7,400 nucleotides of DNA from a virus. Lineage: Duplodnaviria; Heunggongvirae; Uroviricota; Caudoviricetes. Within the stretch, counting starts at the first letter, position 1. The number at the start of each line of letters is the position of its first letter. Under the pieces are notes generated by a model. That model was not told where the DNA came from. It was given only the letters and a program-made list of their open reading frames with translations, and searched no databases. Positions 1-6,341 of the stretch are shown here, in pieces. A program made the position numbers and the translations under genes. The DNA is taken from IMG/VR virus record IMGVR_UViG_2513237361_000004, one strand, 5' to 3'.

Positions 1-7
1 TCACTCA

Positions 8-34
8 GGGGCGCGGAACCGCGCCCCCTGTTCT
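8..34 (+). terminator. GC-rich stem-loop, possible terminator or transcript-stabilising hairpin downstream of the preceding off-window gene
   Basis: Seen in sequence: GGGGCGCGG (8-16) is the exact reverse complement of CCGCGCCCC (19-27), with a very short AA loop, so realistically an 8-bp stem with a 4-nt loop. It is followed by CTGTTCT, only a weak T tract. A stop codon at 41-43 closes the upstream frame. The position immediately before the first gene start fits a hairpin after an upstream gene. Confidence 0.4.
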
Positions 35-49
35 GACGGGTGAAGAATC

Positions 50-250
50 ATGATCCTGAAACAAGATCTGAAATGGTCACCGGACGGTATGCGTGTTGAG
101 GTCATTCGGGCCGGTGAGTATGACGACGGGGCGCTTCCTGCCCGGGTGCAGGAGATTGCACTTCAGGCCGGGTTAGCAGAGCGCGGAACCAGTGCAAAAA
201 GCAGTAAAGCGACAAAAGAGAAAAAAGCCACGACCAGTAAAGAGGGCTGA
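50..250 (+). CDS. hypothetical small phage protein (66 aa) with lysine/serine/threonine-rich C-terminal tail; function unknown
   Basis: ATG at 50 preceded by GGTGA (38-42). Stop TGA at 248-250 lies 2 nt before the next start, co-oriented with the operon. C-terminus SAKSSKATKEKKATTSKEG is low complexity. No family recognised. Confidence 0.5.
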   Translation: MILKQDLKWSPDGMRVEVIRAGEYDDGALPARVQEIALQAGLAERGTSAKSSKATKEKKATTSKEG

Positions 251-252
251 GT

Positions 253-576
253 ATGCTTCTGACAATGGAAGAGATTAAAGCCCAACTCCGGCTGGATGAG
301 GATTTCGATGCTGATGACCGCCATCTGCAACTACTGGCCTGTGCGGCGCAAAAGCGGACGGAAACGTATCTGAACCGGAAGCTCTATGCACCGGATGAAA
401 CCATTCCGGAGAGCGATCCAGACGGGCTGCACCTGCCGGATGATATTCGTCTGGGGATGCTGATGCTTATCAGCCATTTTTACGAAAACCGCTCGTCGGT
501 TACGGAAGTGGAGAAACTCGACATGCCGCAGAGTTTTGGCTGGCTTGTCGGCCCGTACAGGTACTTTCCGCAATGA
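253..576 (+). CDS. phage head-tail connector protein (gp6-like, DNA-packaging/connector family)
   Basis: RBS GAGGG at 242-246, 6 nt before ATG 253. The 107-aa product has an N-terminus (LTMEEIKAQLRLDEDFDADDRHLQLL..AA....E.Y..R.L) that matches my recollection of the gp6-like head-tail connector family. Its stop overlaps the next start (ATGA at 573-576). Confidence 0.75.
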   Translation: MLLTMEEIKAQLRLDEDFDADDRHLQLLACAAQKRTETYLNRKLYAPDETIPESDPDGLHLPDDIRLGMLMLISHFYENRSSVTEVEKLDMPQSFGWLVGPYRYFPQ

Positions 577-983
577 AAATTCGTCAGGCGCAGACCAGCG
601 CAACCTACATTCTGCCGGACCCCGGTGAACTGAATAAACGCGTCCTGATCCGCCAGCGGGTGGATATGCCCGCGGATAACTTTGGCGTGGAGCCTCAATA
701 CCCGGTTACGTTCCGGACATGGGCGAAGGTTATCCAGACCAGTGCCACCACCTGGCAGGAAACCGCGCAGACCGGGGACGCCATCACCCATTACATCACC
801 ATTCGTTACCGCCGGGGGATCACCGCTGATTATGAGGTGGTCTGCGGTGACAGTGTGTACCGGGTGAAACGTCAGCGCGATCTGAACGGGGCGCGGCGCT
901 TTCTGCTGCTGGAGTGTACGGAGCTGGGCGAATGTAGGCAGAGTCACGGAGGCAGCAATGGCGACTCCCTTTTTTCACGTTGA
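573..983 (+). CDS. phage head closure / head-tail adaptor protein (head-tail joining family)
   Basis: ATGA overlap with the upstream gene suggests translational coupling. The 136-aa product (LNKRVLIRQRV......TWAKV......ITIRYRRGIT..YEV....VYRV) resembles head-tail joining / head closure proteins in size and pattern. It sits directly after the connector gene, as is typical. Confidence 0.75.
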   Translation: MKIRQAQTSATYILPDPGELNKRVLIRQRVDMPADNFGVEPQYPVTFRTWAKVIQTSATTWQETAQTGDAITHYITIRYRRGITADYEVVCGDSVYRVKRQRDLNGARRFLLLECTELGECRQSHGGSNGDSLFSR

Positions 984-1464
984 TGTTCAGCAGCCCGCCG
1001 AGATGCGCTTTAACCGCGCCCGTGTCCGGCGGGCGTTTGTCACGATTGGGCAGCGTCATATGCGTGATGCCCGTCGGCTGGTGATGCGCCGTGCGCGGTC
1101 GGCACCGGGTGAAAACCCCGGTTATCAGACCGGACGCCTGGCTCGTTCGATTGGTTATATGGTGCCGAGAGCCAGTAAAAAGCGAGCCGGTTTTATGACA
1201 CGCATTGCCCCTAACCAGCGCAACGGGAAGGGGAACCGGATGATCTCTGGTGACTTCTATCCGGCGTTTCTGTTTTTTGGTGTCCGGGGAGGAGCAAAAC
1301 GTCGTCGTAGTCATCATCGTGGTGCATCCGGTGGCAGCGGCTGGCGACTGGCTCCACGTAATAATTTCATGGTGGAAACTCTTGAAAAGAACCGCAGCTG
1401 GACACGCTATTTTCTGGCGCGGGAATTGCGTAAATCACTGAAGCCGGAGCGACGACACAGATGA
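958..1464 (+). CDS. HK97 gp10-like tail-component / virion morphogenesis protein
   Basis: Strong RBS GGAGG at 948-952, 5 nt before ATG 958. The 168-aa basic protein contains a TGRLARSI motif and a downstream YPAFLFFG segment that recall the HK97 gp10 family. It overlaps the previous gene by 26 nt in another frame. Confidence 0.65.
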   Translation: MATPFFHVDVQQPAEMRFNRARVRRAFVTIGQRHMRDARRLVMRRARSAPGENPGYQTGRLARSIGYMVPRASKKRAGFMTRIAPNQRNGKGNRMISGDFYPAFLFFGVRGGAKRRRSHHRGASGGSGWRLAPRNNFMVETLEKNRSWTRYFLARELRKSLKPERRHR

Positions 1465-2021
1465 AACTGACGCCTGTTATTGCTGCGCTGCGTGCCCGCT
1501 GCCCGTATTTTGAAAACCGGGTGGCAGGCGCGGCACAGTTCAAAAATCTGCCGGAGGTCGGAAAGCTGAGACTCCCGGCGGCGTATGTGGTACCGGGTGA
1601 TGACTCTCCGGGAGAAAACAAAAGCCAGACCGACTACTGGCAGGAGCTGAAAGAGGGCTTCTCCGTGGTTGTCATACTGAGTAACGGGCGTGATGAGCGC
1701 GGTCAGTTTGCCTCGTATGATGTGGTGGACGATGTCCGGCAGATGCTCTTTAAGGCCCTGCTGGGCTGGAACCCGGAAGCGTGCGGTAACCCGATTACCT
1801 ATGACGGCGGCACGCTGCTGGATCTGAATCGTCATGAGCTGATTTATCAGTTCGATTTTTCGGTCATCAGCGAGCTGACTGAAGACGATACCCGCCAGCA
1901 GGATGATCTGAACAGTCTGGATGAACTTCAAACGCTGGCGATTGATGTTGATTATCTCGAGCCCGGTAACGGGCCTGACGGCGATATCGAACATCACACC
2001 GAAATAACCCTTCCTTCCTGA
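1461..2021 (+). CDS. Mu gp37-like tail completion / putative tail terminator protein (function inferred from position)
   Basis: ATGA overlap with the upstream gene (1461-1464). 186-aa acidic protein, co-directional, placed immediately before the pre-sheath small ORF and the sheath gene, which is the usual position of the tail terminator/completion protein in Mu-like tail modules. Family assignment is tentative. Confidence 0.6.
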   Translation: MKLTPVIAALRARCPYFENRVAGAAQFKNLPEVGKLRLPAAYVVPGDDSPGENKSQTDYWQELKEGFSVVVILSNGRDERGQFASYDVVDDVRQMLFKALLGWNPEACGNPITYDGGTLLDLNRHELIYQFDFSVISELTEDDTRQQDDLNSLDELQTLAIDVDYLEPGNGPDGDIEHHTEITLPS

Positions 2022-2029
2022 GGATCCTC

Positions 2030-2200
2030 ATGTTTGTCAAACCTGTTAAAGGGCGGTCAGTGCCTGACCCTGCCCGCGGCGACCTTTTGCCCGCCGAAGG
2101 GCGAAATGTTGACGAGAACAACTACTGGCTGCGCCGTGAAGCCGCGGGTGATATCCGGCGCGTGAATAAAAAGGTGAACACCGATGACGATAAGCTTTAA
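2030..2200 (+). CDS. small conserved pre-sheath protein (56 aa; DUF2635-like small phage protein encoded upstream of Mu-type tail sheath genes)
   Basis: Not in the supplied ORF track (below its length cutoff). RBS GAGGA at 2020-2024, 5 nt before ATG 2030. Hand translation: MFVKPVKGRSVPDPARGDLLPAEGRNVDENNYWLRREAAGDIRRVNKKVNTDDDKL, stop TAA at 2198-2200, overlapping the sheath start by 17 nt. The pattern MFVKP...LLPAEG....YWLRR matches my recollection of a small protein family found beside Mu-like sheath genes. Confidence 0.6.
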   Translation: MFVKPVKGRSVPDPARGDLLPAEGRNVDENNYWLRREAAGDIRRVNKKVNTDDDKL

Positions 2201-3679
2201 CACCATTCCGTCGAATACGCTGGTTCCGCTGTTTTATGCGGAAATGGATAACTCGGCGGCGAATACTGCACAGGACAGCGGAGCATCGCTGCTGATTGGT
2301 CATGCCAATAACGGTGCAGAGATTGTTGCCAACAGTCTGGTACTGATGTCGTCGGCAGACTATGCACGCCAGATTTGTGGTGCGGGAAGTCAGCTGGCGC
2401 GTATGGTCGAGGCTTATCGCCAGACTGACCCGTTTGGCGAGCTGTATGTGATTGCCGTTCCGGAAGCCACAGGCGCGGCGGCAACGGTTACGCTGACGGT
2501 GACCGGGGCGGCAACCGAAACCGGCACGGTGAATGTTTATGTGGGACGTACCCGCGTGCAGGCACCGGTGACCAACGGCGATAACGTCACGACGATTGCC
2601 GGCAGTATCAAAGATGCCATTAATGCCGTTCCGACTCTGCCGTTTACAGCTTCATCTTCGGCTGGTGTTGTCACGCTGACCGCGCGTCATAAGGGGTTTG
2701 CGGGAATGAAATTCCTGTCAGCCTCAATTACTACGGCTTTGGTGGGGGCGAAGTGCTGCCAGCGGGTGTACAGATTGCCGTGGCGACGGGGACCGCCGGA
2801 ACGGGCGCTCCGGTTCTCACCGGTGCGGTGGCTGCAATGGCGGATGAGCCGTTTGATTATATCGGTCTGCCGTTCAACGACACGGCCTCCGTTAACACGC
2901 TGGTGACCGAGATGAACGATACCAGCGGTCGCTGGAGCTATGCGCGTCAGCTGTATGGTCATGTGTATACGGCAAAGATCGGCACGCTGTCAGAACTGGT
3001 GACCGCAGGTGACCAGTTTAACCAGCAGCACATCACCCTGGCGGGGTACGAAAAAGAGACCCAGACGCCTGCCGACGAGCTGGCGGCAAGCCGTACCGCC
3101 CGCGCAGCGGTGTTTATCCGCAACGATCCGGCACGTCCCACGCAGACCGGTGAGCTGGTGGGTATGCTGCCTGCGCCGAAGGGGAAACGGTTCACGATGA
3201 CCGAGCAGCAGACCCTGCTGTCTCATGGCGTGGCAACGGCGTATGTCGAAAGCGGGGTGCTGCGCATTCAGCGTGATGTCACCACGTACAGGAAAAACGC
3301 TTACGGGGTTGCGGATAACAGTTACCTCGACAGTGAGACGCTGCATACCAGCGCGTATGTACTGCGCAAACTGAAATCCGTCATTACCAGTAAGTACGGG
3401 CGTCACAAGCTTGCCAGTGACGGTACCCGCTTTGGTCCCGGTCAGGCGATTGTCACCCCGGCGGTGATCAAAGGGGAACTGCTGGCAACCTACCGTCAGC
3501 TTGAGCGTGCGGGGATCGTGGAAAACTACGAACTGTTTAAGCAGTACCTGGTTGTGGAGCGTGATGCCAGCGATCCGAACCGCCTGAACACGCTGTTCCC
3601 GCCTGACTATGTTAACCAGCTGCGTGTCTTTGCCGTGGTTAATCAGTTCCGTCTTCAGTATTCAGAGGAGTCTGCATAA
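2184..3679 (+). pseudogene. Mu-type phage tail sheath gene, interrupted by a single-nucleotide frame disruption near 2693-2707 (fragments 2184..2906 and 2753..3679)
   Basis: RBS AAGGTG at 2171-2176, then ATG 2184. Two overlapping ORFs in different frames together span 1496 nt, which is about 498 aa once one base is restored, a typical sheath size. The frame-2 reading opens right after a TAA at 2690-2692 and reads GVCGNEIPVSLNYYGFGGGEVLPAGVQIAVATG, which looks sheath-like. The frame-0 reading after about 2706 turns into R/W/C-rich text (KCCQRVYRLPWRRGPP...) typical of an out-of-frame translation. Homopolymer runs GGGG (2693-2696), TTT (2697-2699) and GGG (2702-2704) sit at the junction. Confidence 0.8.
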
Positions 3680-4035
3680 TGGCCCGTATCGGGGGAACCT
3701 GTTATTTCAAAATTGACGGTCAGCAGCTATCGCTGACCGGCGGCATTGAGGTGCCCATGAACAAAACGGTTAACGATGACATCATCGGCCTGGACGGTTC
3801 AGTGGACCGCAAGGAAACTCACCGTGCGCCTTATGTCAAAGGGACCTTCAAGGTGCCGAAGAATTTTCCGGTAAGCAAAATCACCTCGTCTGATGAGATG
3901 ACCATCACTGCCGAGCTGGCGAACGGTCAGGTCTATGTACTGTCGTCTGCCTGGCTGCACGGCGAAGCGAACCATAATGCCGAAGAAGGCACGGTTGATC
4001 TTGAGTTCCACGGTGAAGAAGGGGATTACCAGTAA
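3679..4035 (+). CDS. phage tail tube protein (Mu gpM-like)
   Basis: RBS GAGGAG at 3665-3670, 8 nt before ATG 3679. TAATG overlap with the sheath stop. The 118-aa product lies immediately downstream of the sheath, with the size and position of Mu-type tail tube proteins. Confidence 0.8.
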   Translation: MARIGGTCYFKIDGQQLSLTGGIEVPMNKTVNDDIIGLDGSVDRKETHRAPYVKGTFKVPKNFPVSKITSSDEMTITAELANGQVYVLSSAWLHGEANHNAEEGTVDLEFHGEEGDYQ

Positions 4036-4304
4036 TGAAAGAGCTTGAGTTAAAGAAACCGATTACTGCTCATGGCGAGACACTCTCCGTACTGGAGTTT
4101 GATGAACCCACCGGGAAGGATGTCCGCGAGCTGGGGTATCCCTACCAGATGAATCAGGATGAGTCAGTCAGACTTCTGGCGCATGTGGTGTCGAAATACA
4201 TTGTGCGGCTGGCGAAAGTGCCGCAAAGCTCTGTCGACCAGATGTCTCCGGCAGACCTGAATGCAGCGGCGTGGCTTGTGGCTGGTTTTTTCCTCCAGGC
4301 CTGA
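4035..4304 (+). CDS. phage tail assembly chaperone (lambda G-like / Mu gp41-like), short form
   Basis: TAATG overlap with the tube gene stop. The 89-aa acidic protein lies between the tube and tape measure genes, the conserved chaperone position. A slippery heptamer sits just before its stop codon. Confidence 0.75.
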   Translation: MKELELKKPITAHGETLSVLEFDEPTGKDVRELGYPYQMNQDESVRLLAHVVSKYIVRLAKVPQSSVDQMSPADLNAAAWLVAGFFLQA

Positions 4305-4459
4305 CGGCTGAATACCTCACTGATCGCTTCTTTGACTGCGCCAGCTACTGGCGCATTAATCCTTTCGAATTGCTGAATATGCCGATCAGTGAAATTCCCT
4401 TGCTGGTCAGTCAGGCAAACAGGATAGAGCAGGAGAAACGCACACATGGCGGAATTTGA
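4035..4459 (+). CDS. tail assembly chaperone, -1 frameshift-extended form (GT-like); join(4035..4292,4292..4459), about 141 aa
   Basis: Slippery heptamer T_TTT_TTC at 4286-4292 in the zero frame. A -1 slip enters the frame of the 4271..4459 ORF, reading ...GFF then PPGLTAEYLTDRFF..., and ends 14 nt inside the tape measure gene. This is the conserved architecture of dsDNA phage tail chaperone frameshifts. Confidence 0.6.
4286..4292 (+). promoter_or_regulatory. programmed -1 ribosomal frameshift slippery site (T_TTT_TTC)
   Basis: Heptamer fits the X_XXY_YYZ rule with zero-frame codons TTT TTC, located 10 nt before the chaperone stop. The -1 frame stays open for 55 further codons. No convincing downstream pseudoknot or hairpin seen by eye. 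Confidence 0.6.
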
Positions 4460-6281
4460 GCTTAAGGCGTTGATCACCGGTGTCGACAGGCTTTCTCCCG
4501 CGCTGTCGAAAATGCAAAAGAAAATCCGGGGATTTAAACGCCAGGCGGAAGAAGCGTCACAGGGTGGGCTGGCGCTTGGTGGCGGACTGGCAGCGGGTCT
4601 GACGCTTTCCCTGAAATCTTATGCCGATCAGGAAAACGCCGCCACCGGGCTGAAAGTCGCCATGATGGATGCGAATGGCGAGGTTGGAAAGAGCTTTCAG
4701 GACATCAATAAACTGGCTATTGGCCTGGGTAACCAGCTACCCGGTACAACGGCTGATTTCCAGAACATGATGCAGATGCTGGTGCGTCAGGGGATCCCGG
4801 CAGAAAACATTCTTGGCGGTGTGGGTAAAGCGACAGCTTATCTTGCGGTACAACTGAAAAAAACACCGGAAGCGGCTGCTGAGTTTGCTGCAAAGATGCA
4901 GGATGCTACCGGAACGGCGTCAGAAGACATGATGGGGCTGTTCGACACTATCCAGAAGGCGTTTTATCTGGGCGTTGACGATACCAACATGTTGTCCTTC
5001 TTCACTAAAACCAGTTCTGTTCTGAAGATGGTGAACAAGGACGGTCTTCAGGCTGCACAGAGCCTTGCCCCCATCAGCGTCATGATGGATCAGATGGGGA
5101 TGAACGGGGAGTCGGCAGGTAACGCCCTGCGAAAAGTTATCCAGTCCGGATTAAGCGTTAAGAAAATCAGGGACGTCAATAAAATCATGGCCCGCCAGAA
5201 ACTCGGGGTACAGCTCGATTTTACTGACGGCAAAGGAAGTTTTGGCGGTCTTGATAACATGTTCAGGCAACTGGCAAAGCTGCGAAAACTGACCGACGTT
5301 AAGCGAACAGGTGTACTTAAGGCAATATTTGGTGATGATGCCGAAACCCTTCAGGTGGTCAATGCACTAATCGATAAAGGAAAGGATGGCTACGATCAGA
5401 TCCAGCAGAAGATGAATAAACAGGCCAGCCTGAATAAACGTGTTCAGGCCCAGCTTGGTACGCTGTCCAACCTGTGGGAGGCAATGACGGGGACCGCAAC
5501 TAACGGCCTTGCGGCTATTGGCGGCGCATTTTCTGGTGACGCCAAAAATATCACGCAATGGCTGGGGGAGTTAGGGGAAAAATTCACGAAGTTTGCGGAT
5601 GAAAATCCCCGGGTTATTCGCGGCGTCGTCGGGCTTGCTGCCGGTCTTGCGATTCTGAAACTGGGATTGATGGGCGTTGGCGGTGCCATCAGTATTGTCA
5701 GCAGGATCATGTCGATGACGCCGATTGGAATGATTGCGACGGCGATAGCCCTGGCTGCGGGATTAATTATCACTAACTGGGATGTTGTCGGACCTTATTT
5801 CAAGAAGCTCTGGGAAACCATTGGTCCTTATTTTGAGGCTGGCTGGGAACTTCTGAAGAAGGTTTTTGCCTGGTCGCCGCTGGGGATGGTGATCAATAAC
5901 TGGGGACCGGTTGTTAAGTGGTTTCAGGATATGTGGGATAAGCTGAAGCCAATTATTGAGTGGTTTACCGACAGTTCCGGTGACACGGTCGATGCCATTA
6001 ACTCTGCGCAGTGGGGCGCGGGTGCTTATGATGCTTATGGGACGGGAATACCGGCACGGGGATACACACCTTATCAGGCGGTAGATCCGGCTCAGTCAAA
6101 CAACGCCTCCGGTGCCACAGGCCCGAATCCCTTCATGATTAACAAAGCTTCTGCGCCAAAAGTTGATGGTGAGATCAAGGTCTCTTTTGTGAATTCGCCT
6201 CCGGGTATGCGGGTTATGGAAACGCGATCCAGCGGTTTTGATGTCAGCCATGATGTTGGCTATACGCGCTTTGGCTGGTAA
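4446..6281 (+). CDS. phage tail tape measure protein
   Basis: 611-aa ORF directly after the chaperone/frameshift pair. RBS AGGAG at 4431-4435 with a rather long spacer of 10 nt. Mostly hydrophilic Ala/Gly/Gln/Lys-rich sequence, then a hydrophobic Gly/Ala-rich segment (GVVGLAAGLAILKLGLMGVGGAISIV...IATAIALAAGLIIT) and a Trp-rich C-terminal region with an 11-residue repeat, all typical of tape measure proteins. Confidence 0.85.
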   Translation: MAEFELKALITGVDRLSPALSKMQKKIRGFKRQAEEASQGGLALGGGLAAGLTLSLKSYADQENAATGLKVAMMDANGEVGKSFQDINKLAIGLGNQLPGTTADFQNMMQMLVRQGIPAENILGGVGKATAYLAVQLKKTPEAAAEFAAKMQDATGTASEDMMGLFDTIQKAFYLGVDDTNMLSFFTKTSSVLKMVNKDGLQAAQSLAPISVMMDQMGMNGESAGNALRKVIQSGLSVKKIRDVNKIMARQKLGVQLDFTDGKGSFGGLDNMFRQLAKLRKLTDVKRTGVLKAIFGDDAETLQVVNALIDKGKDGYDQIQQKMNKQASLNKRVQAQLGTLSNLWEAMTGTATNGLAAIGGAFSGDAKNITQWLGELGEKFTKFADENPRVIRGVVGLAAGLAILKLGLMGVGGAISIVSRIMSMTPIGMIATAIALAAGLIITNWDVVGPYFKKLWETIGPYFEAGWELLKKVFAWSPLGMVINNWGPVVKWFQDMWDKLKPIIEWFTDSSGDTVDAINSAQWGAGAYDAYGTGIPARGYTPYQAVDPAQSNNASGATGPNPFMINKASAPKVDGEIKVSFVNSPPGMRVMETRSSGFDVSHDVGYTRFGW

Positions 6282-6302
6282 TGAAAAATTAATCTGTTAA
6301 TG

Positions 6303-6329
6303 AGTCCCACTCCGGTGGGATTTTTTATG
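6303..6329 (+). terminator. intrinsic-terminator-like hairpin within the tail operon, between the tape measure and DNA circularization genes
   Basis: Stem TCCCAC (6305-6310) pairs with GTGGGA (6315-6320) around loop TCCG, extendable by A-T and G-T pairs at 6303/6304 with 6322/6321. It is followed directly by TTTTTT (6321-6326). It sits 22 nt after the tape measure stop and upstream of the RBS at 6333-6336. Confidence 0.5.
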
Positions 6330-6341
6330 TACGGAGTTTAT

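Noticed and set aside
3154-3161. Chi site (GCTGGTGG) on the + strand within the sheath gene
   Set aside because: Single occurrence of an octamer in 7.4 kb, which is not statistically meaningful here. Chi is common in enterobacterial and prophage DNA.
682-3200. Plus-strand alternate-frame ORFs 682..867, 1250..1441 and 3009..3200
   Set aside because: Each is embedded out of frame inside a longer, better-supported gene, with Pro/Arg/Trp-rich translations and no RBS. They are likely chance open frames.
4296-4303. Palindrome CAGGCCTG just downstream of the slippery heptamer as a possible frameshift-stimulating structure
   Set aside because: It is a loop-less 8-nt palindrome that cannot form a stable hairpin alone, and I found no convincing stem-loop or pseudoknot by eye. 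I treat the frameshift as stimulator-independent or as having an undetected element.
6300-6341. Longest-ORF start at ATG 6300 (or ATG 6327) for the DNA circularization gene
   Set aside because: ATG 6300 has no Shine-Dalgarno and would put the terminator-like hairpin and T6 tract inside the coding region. ATG 6342 has a GGAG RBS at the right spacing and begins at the conserved MTWKDRL N-terminus. ATG 6327 remains a weaker alternative.
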